In this document: piece after piece, positions 48,350-64,000 of the stretch
How the letters are laid out: the number at the start of each line of letters is the position of its first letter
How positions within the stretch are numbered: position 1 is the first letter of the stretch
DNA from: the human T2T-CHM13v2.0 reference genome, Homo sapiens
Length of the DNA stretch: 64,000 bases
NCBI RefSeq assembly: GCF_009914755.1
Contig: NC_060932.1
Strand: one strand, 5' to 3'
Program-made: the position numbers and the translations under genes
Notes under the pieces: generated by a model
Databases searched by the model: none
What the model saw: only the letters and a program-made list of their open reading frames with translations
Told to the model about the DNA's origin: nothing

Positions 48350-48550
48350 CCCTTTCTGCCACCTCAGCTTACTACTAGCTGGCACCACAGGTGTAACCAG
48401 CATGCCTGGCTAATTTTTTTTAATTTTTCTGTAGAGACAGGATCTTGCTATGTTGCCTAGGCTGGTCTTCAGCTCCTGGGCTCAAGCGATTCTCCCTCCT
48501 CAGCCTCCCAAAGTGCTGGGATTACAGGTGTGAGCCACTGCACCTAGCTG
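48350..48550 (-). mobile_element. Partial AluJ
   Basis: Left arm plus part of the right arm. Confidence 0.8.
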
Positions 48551-48737
48551 GGCATCTTTCCATGTCTTTATTAGATCCATGTATTTTTTTCTGAGAAGTT
48601 CATATTGATATCTCTTTTTCTATTAGCTTGCCATTTTTTGAGGCTTCTCATATGAGAAGAATATTAACTGTCAGTCAGTTATATCTATGTAAATATGATC
48701 AACAATTTGACATAAGCCTATTTTAAAATATCATGAA

Positions 48738-49028
48738 TTTTTTTTTTTTTTTTTTGGAGCCTCACTCTGTCACCCAGGCTGGAGTGCAGTGGTGCAATCT
48801 CAGTGCAACCTCCGCCTCCCAGGCTCAAGTGATTCTTGTGCCTCAGCCTCCCCAGTAGCTGGGATTACAGGCATCTGCCACCATGTCTGGCTAATTTGTG
48901 TGTTTTTAGTAGAGACGGGGTTTCGCCATATTGGCCAGACTGGTCTCGAATTCCTAACCTCAAGTGATCTGCCTGCCTTGGCCTCCAAAAGTGTTGGGAT
49001 TACAGGCGTGAGCCATGGCATCCGGCCT
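48738..49028 (-). mobile_element. AluS
   Basis: Dimer; TSD TTAAAATATCATGAA. Confidence 0.92.
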
Positions 49029-50091
49029 TAAAATATCATGAAATTATATCAGTCTTATCTGTTTTGTCTTGGTTTCATGTCATGTTTAGAAAAGCTTTTT
49101 GTATCTCAGTATAATATGAATATCTGGCTTTTATTGGCACAATTTATTAACATTTCATCCTATTTCTCTGATCTTATTGCTGCTGTTAAATATTTTCTTG
49201 ATATTTTCTACTTTATCTTCCTCTTGCAGTATTACACAAATTATTTATTTGTGTGTGGGGTGTGTGTGTGTGTGCACATACACTTTGGTAGTTGTATGTC
49301 TTTCTATTCTGCTTGTTTACTTAATAACAAAAAAATGAATATATTTTTCTCAAAGTTGTCGTGATTAAAAATAGTATCTACTGATTGTTGCAGTGTAAGC
49401 TATACCACTATTACTTCCAAACCCCCATGTCCCAGTTTTTACTTGGTAGGAAAAATATTGGCTTTAGATTCCAGGTTGTTATTAACATATATCAATGTAT
49501 TTTTAAGACCTTTTGTCTTTCTGGATTTTATTGCTAACTGCATAGTTTTCTAGCTATGACAATAATATTTATGTACAAGAAAGGATAGCAAGTGGTTGGT
49601 GTGTGTACCTGGACTGATACACCTTGACCCAAACTGACATGCCGTTGAGACCATATACCACACGTTCTGTACAGCTGTAACTTTGTAACTGTTGGTTTAA
49701 TCTATGAGTCTAACACCCAAGTTTTCACACGGCAGATAGGATCCTGTCCCTTCTGGTATGTACCAAAGCCTAGACTGGACAGTTTGAGCAGACTGACAAC
49801 TTGGTACTTCTTCAGATCTGTATTCTTTATATATTTATTCAACATTTATTTCCAGGACAAGCTAAACGTGGGGTAGGGGGAAAAGTGGAAAATAAGAACT
49901 CCTCACCTTCATTTTTATTGTCCCAGGTAGTTCAATTTTGCTCCCCACTTGCATCCTGAAATCAGTAAACCAGAAGTCCTATAGTCAAGTTTGCTCTACT
50001 TGCTGCGTGGTGGTTGTTGGTGGTGGCCATGGGTGGTAGGGGGAGTGGTAGTAGTATGTGAGAGGATGGTCTTACCTTCCCACTGTGAGAG

Positions 50092-50390
50092 TTTTTTTTT
50101 TTTTTTTTTTTGAGGCAGGGTCTCGCTCTTTGACCCAGGCTGGAGTGCAGTAGAGTGCAGATCTTGGCTCACTGCAGCCTCTGCCTCCTGGGTTCAAACG
50201 ATTCTGCTGCCTCCCAGGTAGCTGGAATTACAGGCTTGCACCACCATGCCCGGCTAATTTTTGTGATTTTAGTGGAGATGGGGGTTTCACCATGTTGGCC
50301 AGGCTGGTCTTGAACTCCTGGCCTCAAGTGATTCACCCACCTCGGCCTCCCAAAGTGCTGGGATTACAGGCGTGAGCCACTGCACCCGGT
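50092..50390 (-). mobile_element. AluS/J
   Basis: Dimer; TSD CCCACTGTGAGAGTTTTT. Confidence 0.92.
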
Positions 50391-51783
50391 CCCCACTGTG
50401 AGAGTTTTTGGGTGTATTCCTTTCAGTTTGATTTTTCCCATTCCACAAGGTAAACACTGCCAATCAGAACACCCTTTCTCTGGAGGACTTGGAATTTTCC
50501 TGCCCCTTAAAGTAAATCTGCCAGTTATTAACACATTTCATCTTATTTAACACTTCAGGTGTCCGCTATGAATCAATTATTGACAGGAAAATCTTCTTTT
50601 AACTGGTAGGGAAACTCTTGGTAAATATCTCCTCTAAAGACTTGCGGATGTAAGAAAAAAGTATTTTGAAATCTTTATTCAGGAGTAGTGCATGGCTAGA
50701 GGACACATGAGGAGTGACTTACTGTAGAATCTTCTGTAATTTTGGAATTTTAAATCATATATGTCCTATTTAAAAATTAATGGAAAATTGGAGGAAACAG
50801 TGTTTGGAGATCTTTTGACTTTAAAAGTACAATTCTGTTTAAACCTGTGTATTTTTTAGAGTGGTAAGGCTATCGATATTTCGTTGTAGGTTTGTTCTCT
50901 AATTGTTCTTTATTTCATTTGAGCATTTAAATATTCTGATCTTGTACACAAGATCAGTTGGTTAGTTACCTAATAAAATTTTAAAATAGCACTCAACAGT
51001 CTTTTAAAACGTTAGTCTTCTTTTTTTCCTCTAACATCACAACAGAGCAGTTTTCACAAAGATGTCAACTAAAAAATTTCTAAAATGTGTTGAGCTGATT
51101 TCTTTAGATCTTAGGTTTAATATTTTTTTCTGAGGTAATGGTTTTTATCTCTCAGTAGCTAGGATTCATTTCTGTTTCATATCTCATCATATGAACTAGA
51201 ATTTCTTGAACCATGTAAGATTATAACTTATTTTCAACAGTGCTTTTAATAGAAATATCTAATCATGGTACTAGAAAACAGATTTTATCTTGTCAACAAA
51301 GTACCCTTTTATTTTTGAAAGAATTTTAAAAATTAAAATGAGTTTTAAATATTATCCTTTTGATATCTGTCATAGTAACAACACTTTATGAGAGGTGTAA
51401 TAGAAATAGACCTTCTATCCTTGAAACTTTCTTGTAGTCCTGGGGTTAACTCTATCTAGTTACTTTTGATTTGAAAAAGTCTATTTGTGAATATTTTATT
51501 TAGGATCTTCACATCAATATTCACATGGAAGGATAGATAATAGTTTTATCTTTGTTTTTGGTCTTTATGTCATCTTTGTGTTTTTTGATAATTAATTTTG
51601 TATCAATTAATTAATGCCACTTATTTTTCTGCATTTTTAAAAATATAATATGGGAATTAATGGTTCCTTGAAAGTTTGAAAGAATTCTGCAATGAAATAA
51701 TCTGTACCCAGGTCTTTTTTCTGGGTACTTTTTAATGACTGTGCTCAATCTTTCTTTACTTAGTTCATTTTTTTTTTTTTCAG

Positions 51784-51864
51784 ATCTGTAGAAACTTCCA
51801 GTGTGTAGATGCTTCTGTTCTGAATTATGACTGTGATGTTCAGAAAAAGTGTCATGGACATGGG
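51784..51864 (+). CDS. ADAM9: ADAM9 coding exon (~exon 17, 81 nt): end of Cys-rich domain, start of EGF-like domain
   Basis: poly-T-cag|ATC ... CAT GGG|gtaggt. Encodes ICRNFQCVDASVLNYDCDVQKKCHGHG. Confidence 0.95.
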
Positions 51865-52059
51865 GTAGGTAATGTTTTCTTTTGGCTTGTTCCTGAAAGT
51901 AGTGCTAAATAATGAGAAATCTCAGGACTAGATGAGAGTTCCCAGGATTTTCAGATGTTGGGGAATTTAGATTCCTGATAAAATTTTCATTCTTAAACAG
52001 TGTCAGTAAGCTTGTATGAATTTAGTCCTTTCTCTTGGTTTCCATTCTTGAGTTGATGA

Positions 52060-52221
<162 letters not shown>

Positions 52222-52959
52222 TAATATAGAAGAAAATTAGTGTGATCTCCCAGTGGCCCAAGGCATAAATTGGGCATCCTCGTACCTCTCCCTCACTTCC
52301 CACATCAGTTATACATTTAATTATGTTGATTCAGCCTCCTAAATTCCTTGTGACTGTTTCCATTTTTCTCATCCCCATTTATTACTTTCAATTTCTTGCC
52401 TGGACATACATCATAGCCTCTTATGTAGGCTCCCTATTTTTCATCTTGCTTCCTATAATCCATGTTTCACTCTACATTACAGTTTCAGTGTTTTCCTACA
52501 AGAATTCAGTTTTGATTTTGTCAGCGTCTTGCTTTAATTCAGTGCGTCTGCATTGCTATTAGAATGAAGTCCACAACTCCTTAACATGGGTTAAATGCCC
52601 TGCATGACTTGCCCCTAGCTTGCCTTTCAAGCCTCATTTCACTATGTTGAAGACATATTGTAACTTCTTTGATTTCCTGTACTAGGCTACTATCTTTTAC
52701 CTGTGGGCTTTCATACCGTATTATTTTCACATTGTTGGCCCTTGGCTAATTGCTATTTAGGTTTCAGATTATACCTCATTTTCTAAAGAAAGTTTCCCCT
52801 GGCTGCTTAAATCTAAATTATCATTTCCTTCTATTGCTTTTCTAGTACTGTTAGCACTATCTGTTAGCACTAATTGCTATACTAATTACTGATTTGCTTT
52901 TTAAAATTCCCTGATAGACCATGAGCTCCCAGTTTATCGGTATCTTTCTAGTGACATCA

Positions 52960-56545
<3,586 letters not shown>

Positions 56546-56931
56546 CTATGGATTTTAATGGCTGTGTATCATTTCATCCAGTGGATGTGCTATAACTTCA
56601 CTTAGCTGTTTTCTAATTATTTGACATTTAGATTGTTTCTAAGGTTTTGATAACTCACTGTTAACATTGTAGTGTACATGTTAATGTGTATGCATTTTTC
56701 CAATTGAAGAATCAATTGCCAGTAATGAGATTAGTTTGAAGAGAATAATCCTTTTTATGGTTCTTTTAGGAGTAAAAATTCCTAATAAATGATACATTTG
56801 TGTAATGCCACTAACAGTGCGAAGGTATCAGTTTCAAAATAATCTTGCCAGTGTTGAATGCTTTAATTTAAATTTTGTGTACTCATTAGTAAGTATAAAA
56901 TGATATATGAAGCTTGCTTTAATTTTTTATA

Positions 56932-57362
56932 CAGTTGACCGTTGAACAATGCAAAGGTTAGGGGCTCCAACTCCCTGCATAGTTGAAAACCCATGTGTAA
57001 CTTTTGGCTTCCCCAAAACTTAACTACGAATAGTCTGCTGTTGACTGGAAGACTTACCAATAACATAAACAGTTGATTACCATAGATTTTGTCTGTTATA
57101 TGTATTATATACTGTATTATTATAATAAAGCAAGCTAGAGAAAAGCAAATTTATTAAGAAAATCATAAGAGAAAATATATATACTATTCATTAAGTGGAA
57201 GTAGATTATCATAAAGACCTTCATCCTCATCATCTTCCTGTAGAGTAGGCTGAGGAGGAGGAGGAAGAGGAGAGGTTGGTCTCAGGGGTGGCAGAAACAC
57301 AAGATAGCCTGCATATAAGTGGACCTGCACAGTTCAAACCCACATTGTTCCAGGGCCAACTG
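56932..57362 (+). mobile_element. Tigger2a (MER28)-like DNA transposon, both ends present
   Basis: TIRs CAGTTGACCGTTGAACAATG / CATTGTTCCAGGGCCAACTG with TA duplication; ~430 bp. Confidence 0.88.
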
Positions 57363-57413
57363 TATTTTGATTTTCAGTTGGGATAAATATTGTTTCATAT
57401 AGTTTTATACAAC

Positions 57414-57699
57414 TTTTTTTTTTTTTGAGATGGAGTCTCGCTCTGTTGCCCACGCTGGAGTGCAGTGGTGCAATCTCGGCTCCGCCTCCCGGGTTCATGC
57501 CATTCTCCTGCCTCAGCCTCCCGAGTGGCTGGGACTACAGGCGCCTGCCACCACGCCCAGCTAATTTTTTTTTGTATTTTTAGTAGAGACGGGGCTTCAC
57601 CATGTTAGCCAGGATGGTCTCGATCTCCTGACCTTGTGATCCGCCTGCCTCGGCCTCCCAAAGCGCTGGGATTACAGGTGTGAGCCACTGCGCCCGGCC
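57414..57699 (-). mobile_element. AluY-like
   Basis: tgttagccaggatggtctcgatctcc; TSD AGTTTTATACAAC. Confidence 0.93.
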
Positions 57700-58110
57700 A
57701 GTTTTATACAACTTTTTACAGAAATTTCTGGTTCTTTTACAAACTTAAAATTATGAATCAGTTTACCACTCCCGTTTATATCTACTATATTGTTTCTCAA
57801 AAGAACACAGAACAGATAAAATACTTAAAGAATTTGTAAAAGTTCTAATGAAACTTAAAATCTAGAAGGCGTAAAAATAAGATTGATAAATTCAACTATA
57901 CAAAAATAATAAACTTTTCCGTGGAGAAAAGCATAGTGCCATAGGTTAAAATGGGGAAAATATTTCCAACTTGTATCATGGACAAAGCTAATCTCTCTAA
58001 TATATAAAGAACTTTTAGAAATTAAGAAGAAAAAAGCAAGAGTCCAGTAGAAAAACAGTCAAAGGACTGAGCAGAAAAAAATAAATAATGTTTCCTTAAG
58101 AAAAAAGTGA

Positions 58111-58466
<356 letters not shown>

Positions 58467-59189
58467 TCACCTGCCTGGTTGGCAAAAATCCGGAAATTTG
58501 GCTCTGTGGGTGAGGCTATGGGGAATTCTTATATATTGCTTGTAATATTCTTATAAATTGTAACCATTACTATTGAAAGACAATTTGACAATACCTAAAA
58601 GAAATGATGAATGCACTTATTTATTGATACAGCATTTCTGCTTTAGGGAAATTATTCTGTAGTTATTATACCTGCACTAATATGATACAACATATGTGCA
58701 AGGTTATTCATTATAGCAGTTTTTTTGGTAGTAGCAAAAGATTGGAAAAATATAAGTGTTTATCAGTAGGGTACAAGTTAAATAAACTCTAGAACATCTT
58801 CACAATGGAGTTTCATATAGCTGTATGGAAAACGAGGAGGTCCACTATGTACAGATAAGTGGAAAAAAACTGATGCACCAAATGGTATATAAATAGTATG
58901 CTACCTTTTGTGTAAGAAAGTGTTGACAGTAGAAACGTATTTTGTTCTTGATTGTTTGCTCGAAGAAATACTGTAAGGTTACAGAAGAAACTAATAAAAG
59001 TGGTTATTTTTGTGAAGGCAGAAGTAAAGCGGACAGGAATGAACTTTGTGGAAGACTTCTCAATATATTCAATTAATATCAGTTTGATTTTTGAGTAATG
59101 TGAAAATTAATGTAAAGTGTTTATAATCATCTAGTATTTTCTGCCTAGTATGAGTTTGGTGACTGTTGATGTAAAATTCTTCTCTCTAG

Positions 59190-59331
59190 AAATGAATACT
59201 GCATTGAGGGACGGACTTCTGGTCTTCTTCTTCCTAATTGTTCCCCTTATTGTCTGTGCTATTTTTATCTTCATCAAGAGGGATCAACTGTGGAGAAGCT
59301 ACTTCAGAAAGAAGAGATCACAAACATATGA
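59190..59331 (+). CDS. ADAM9: ADAM9 coding exon (~exon 19, 142 nt): transmembrane helix and basic stop-transfer segment
   Basis: tctctctag|AA ATG ... TAT GA|gtactt. Encodes (E)MNTALRDGLLVFFFLIVPLIVCAIFIFIKRDQLWRSYFRKKRSQTY(E). Confidence 0.95.
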
Positions 59332-59377
59332 GTACTTAGATTTTTTTCTTTTAATTCCTATATTAAATATATACATA

Positions 59378-59610
59378 CATTTTCTGAGACAGAATCTCGA
59401 CTTCCCTGGGCTCAGGTGATTCCCCCTGCCTCAGCCTTCCAAGTAGTTGGGATTACAGGCACACCACCACACCCAGTTAATTTTTATATTTTTTTGTAGA
59501 GATGGGGTTTCGCCATGTTGCCCGGGCTGGTCTTGAACTTTTTGAAGCCATCCATCTGCCTCAGCCTGCCAAAGTGCAGGGATTACTGGAGTGAGCCTCC
59601 ACGCTCAGCC
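59378..59610 (-). mobile_element. Internally deleted AluJ, ~45 bp downstream of the TM exon
   Basis: ctgagacagaatctc...gtagttgggattacagg...aaagtgcagggattac. Confidence 0.85.
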
Positions 59611-60401
59611 TATATTAAATAATTTATAAAGTATTAATGCTGATAGTCATATCACCAGAGATTGGTAATCCTCTAAAATAGGGTTCTAAGTTATTTCTCT
59701 GACCTTTTGACATGATTAGCATGGGTTGAAAGGTGGTGGTGACCAAGCCACCTCTTTTAATGGGGAGGAGAAAGGCTTATGTTGGTCAGCCTTTAGGCTG
59801 CTGAAAGTGACCCTCAGGGTTCATTTTGCTTAACACCAATTTCTGATAGAGGACTAAGTAGATACTTCGTATCATACTTCCAACTGACCAGTCTATGCAA
59901 ATAACTCCCCCATCTGCATTTTTGAAGTTTGAGTTCCATAACTACAGCTATCTTTCATACATCTCCACTGCACTGATTTGCTGTCACTTCAGCATGTCTA
60001 AAACTTACCTATTACCTTTCCAGCCAATCCATTCACTACCCTTGGATTTCCTAATTTTTAAAATGACTACTTGGCAACCTGAGAATATGCTTTTACTCTT
60101 CTCTGATTTTAGGAAGACTTGAGAAAAGTTAGGGAACATTGGCCTAATTGACCAAATTTCACAATTTCTTAAAATTTCAGTTTAATTATAAAATGTGGTT
60201 AGTAATGCTTTCTAATACCATAAGGATTAAAAATACGTGAAAGCTGTTAAAATGCCCTAAAAATTTAAACCGTATCATGATTATCATCCCCACCACTACC
60301 AACATCATTATTCTGTATTTGGGAAAATGCAAAATGTGTGTAATATTTCATGTAGAAATGTTTTTATCTTAATTTAGATCAAAAGTAATTGTATCTTTCA
60401 G

Positions 60402-60489
60402 GTCAGATGGCAAAAATCAAGCAAACCCTTCTAGACAGCCGGGGAGTGTTCCTCGACATGTTTCTCCAGTGACACCTCCCAGAGAAGTT
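60402..60489 (+). CDS. ADAM9: ADAM9 coding exon (~exon 20, 88 nt): Pro-rich cytoplasmic tail; gene continues beyond the window
   Basis: atctttcag|G TCA ... GAA GTT|gtaagt. Encodes SDGKNQANPSRQPGSVPRHVSPVTPPREV; no stop codon is reached in the window. Confidence 0.95.
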
Positions 60490-60630
60490 GTAAGTATAAA
60501 ATGAAAAATTATTTTTCTTTACTGTATTAAAGGATCAAATGCTTAAGGATTAAAAACACAGTTATATAGCTATAGCTAGAAACATAGATACCTTCTTAAG
60601 AATTCAAGAGTATTGTAGGTGGTCCCTGAG

Positions 60631-60999
<369 letters not shown>

Positions 61000-61849
61000 T
61001 AGGAATGCCTTGCCTAGCAACCAGGATTGGGAAATGACATGGGACGTATGCTATCACTGCTTTTTTCTGTGTCTGCTCTTTTCCTATTTTCAATACCTGT
61101 CTCCATCTCCCTATGGGATGTTACCAAAGACCTGGTGCTGAGCTCTTGGATCGGCCTAATTGTCTAAGCTGTAGGACTGATAGTCACTGTTCTGCAAGTG
61201 TATTAGGGAGTGTTTAGATCATGATATACTTTTATTGAGTGTTTAGATCATGATATACTTTTATTGATCTGCATGTATCCCTAAGCAATATGTAATTTTT
61301 TAATGTTTTAAAACTTTTAAGAACGTTTTATTTGATAATTTGCACATATATCTGCAACCTGTTTTTCCCCTTAATGTCACTTTGTGATTTATCTCTATCG
61401 ATAGATATAGCTGTGATTCATTCATTTTCACTGTTGAAAATGATTAGAAATCCTTCATTTTTTAATATATTTATACACACACACACACACACACACACAA
61501 TCTCCCTATTCCACCCCCTTTATCTTTATAAAAAGGAGACAAAAATCGTTAGGCCCTTTCTCCTCTTAACCATGTATCTTGGAGATTTTTCCATGTTGTT
61601 ATGTATACAGGATGGCCACAAAGGCCATATGCATGCTAGTTCAAAATTATCTGTATACTCTTCTTCATCATTGCCATATATGTATATATTTCTTATTTGG
61701 TTTTGGCAAAATATATATAAAATTTGCCATTTTAACCATTGTTTTCAAGATTTTTTTGTAAATTTAACAGTAGTGGTAAAAAAAAAACCCACTAATATTT
61801 ACCATCTTAACAATTTTTACATGTACAGTGCAGTACTCCTAAGAATATT

Positions 61850-64000
61850 TACCTATGTTTTCTTTTAGTAGTTTTATAGTTTCAGGTCTTATGTTTAAAT
61901 CTTTAATCCAGTTTGAGTTGATTTTTGTATATGGTATGAAATACCAGTTCATTTTCATTTTTCTTCATGTGGATATGAAGTTGTCCCAACACTATTAATT
62001 GAAGTGACTGTCCCTTCTTCATTGTGTATTCTTGGCACCTTCGTTGAAGATTAGCTGACCATAAAGTTGTGGATTTGGGGTTCTCTATTCTGTTCCATTT
62101 GTCTTTATGTCTGTTTTATGCCAGTAGTATGCCATTTTAATTAGTATAGCTTTGCAGTATATTTTGAAATTTGGTAATGTGATGCTTCTAGCTTTGTTCT
62201 TTTTGCTCAAGATTGGTTTAGTGATTCTGGGTCTTTTGTGGTTCCATATGAATTTTAGTATTTTTTCTATTGTTACAAAAATTGTCATTGGAATATTAAT
62301 AGATATTGCATTGAATCTGTAGTTTGCTGTGGTTATTTTAATATTAACTCTTCCAGTCAGTGAGCATGGGATATCTTTCCATTTATTTATGTCTTCAATT
62401 CCTTTCATCAATGTTTCATAGATTTCCTTGTACAGATACTTATTTTTTGTGGTTAAATTTATTCCTATATTATTTATGTATGTATTTTTGATGTCATTCT
62501 AAATGGAATTTTTTTTCTGGATTTCTTTTTCAGATAGCTTGTTGTAGTGTATAGAAATACTAGTGATTTTCATATGTTGATTTTGTATTATGCAACTTTA
62601 GTGAATTCATTAGTTCTAACAGTTTTTTGGTTGACTCTTTAGGGTTTTCTATATAAAAGACCATGTCATCTGCAAACAAGGACAGTTTTACTTCTTCCTT
62701 TCCAATTTGGATGTCTTTTATTTCTTTTTCTTGCCTAACTGCTCTGGTTAGAACTTCTAGTACTATATTGAGTAGAAGTGGTAGGAGTGGACATCCTTGT
62801 CTTATTCCTGATCTTAGAGGAAAAGCTTTCAGTTTTTCATTGTTCAGTATGAAGTTAGCTGTGGGCGTGTGATGTACAGCCTTTATTGTTCTGAGGTTCA
62901 TTATTTCTTTCTTTCTTTTTCTTTGTTTTTGAGATAGAGTCTCGCTCTGTCACCCAGGCTGCAGTGCAGTGGCACGATCTCGGCTTACTGCAACCTCTTT
63001 CTCACAGGTTCAAGTGATTCTCCTGCCTCAGCCTCCTGAGTAGCTGGGATTACAGGCATGTGCCACCCTGCCCAGCTAATTTTTATATTTTTAGTAGAGA
63101 GACAGGGTTTTGCCATATTGGCCAGGCTGGTCTTGAACTCCGGACCTCAGGTGATCCACCTGCCTCGGCCTCCCAAAGTGCTGGGATTACAGGCGTGAGC
63201 CACCATGCCTGGCCCAGTTTGTTCTTTCTATACAAATTTGTTGAGAGTTTTTATCATGAAAGAATGTTGAAATTTGTCAAATGCTTTTCCCTCATTTCTT
63301 AAAATGATCACATGGTTTTTGTTAGTCTATGTTCTTCATTTCTGTTTTTTGTTTGTTAATGTTGTTATTTATTGATTTGAATATGTTAAACCATCCTCGC
63401 ATCCCCAGAATAAATCCCACTTGGTCATTGGGAAATATCCTTTTATGTGCTGCTGAATTCAGTTTGCTAGTATTTTGTTGAAGATTTTTGCATCTGTGTT
63501 CATAAAGGATATTGGCCTGTAATTTTCTTTTCTTGTGGTGTCCTTGTCTGGCTTTGGTTTCAGGGTAATGCTGGCCTTGTAAAATGAGTTTGGAAATATT
63601 CCTTCCTCTTCAAGTGTTGGGAAGAGTTTGAGAAGGATTGCATTAGTTCTTCTTTAAATGTTTGGTAGAATTCATCTGTGACTTTATCAGGTCCTGAGTT
63701 TCTTTAATGGGAGACTTTTTAAAGTTACTAATTCAATCTCCTTACTTATTATTGATCTTTTCAGATTTTTTATTTTGTCTTGATTCAGTCTGGATAGGTT
63801 GTATGTTTCTAGGAATTTATTTTTTTCTAGGTTCAATTTGTTGGTGTATGATTGTTCATAGCAGTCTCTTATAAAACTTTCTATTTCTGTGGTATCAGCT
63901 GTAATGTCTTCTCTTTCATTTCTGATTTTGATTCCTCTTTCTTTTTTTCTTAGTCTACTTAATGGTGTGTTAATTTTATTTATCTTTTCAAAAAACCAAC
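61850..64000 (-). mobile_element. L1M ORF2 remnant running off the window end, with an AluS (minus) at ~62903-63214
   Basis: ORF 62560-62901 ([20 protein letters not shown]...[10 protein letters not shown]) and ORF 62085-62411. Confidence 0.9.

Noticed and set aside
59332-60401. U12-type intron as the reason for the odd donor
   Set aside because: GTACTTAG does not fit the U12 consensus RTATCCTT; the TTATCTTAAT branch-like match alone is insufficient.

Overview
Primate, very probably human, genomic DNA: a 64-kb internal slice of the ADAM9 gene (a disintegrin and metalloprotease 9, meltrin gamma) on the + strand. Nine coding exons splice into one continuous reading frame. Exon numbers 12-20 are from memory of the reference structure. 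They encode the end of the metalloprotease domain, the disintegrin, Cys-rich and EGF-like domains, the transmembrane helix and the start of the Pro-rich tail. The introns are mostly transposon remnants: nested antisense L1s, about 25 Alus, a decayed antisense ERV-L provirus, MaLR LTRs, L2, MIR, L3, Tigger and MER104, plus a ~745-bp compound TG/TA/CA repeat. There are no prokaryotic features, CRISPR arrays or recognisable RNA genes. Two observations stand out. (1) The 106-nt EGF exon begins with GTATGT, so ligation to the previous exon rebuilds a 5' splice site, while its own donor is a GC; losing the exon gives K-stop and a TM-less form, a candidate recursive-splicing switch. (2) A TSD-flanked L1PA insertion kept its 5' UTR but has no 3' end; its antisense ORF0 splice donor points in the ADAM9 direction and is in phase with the next ADAM9 exon. 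Repeat subfamily names and boundaries were judged by eye and are approximate.
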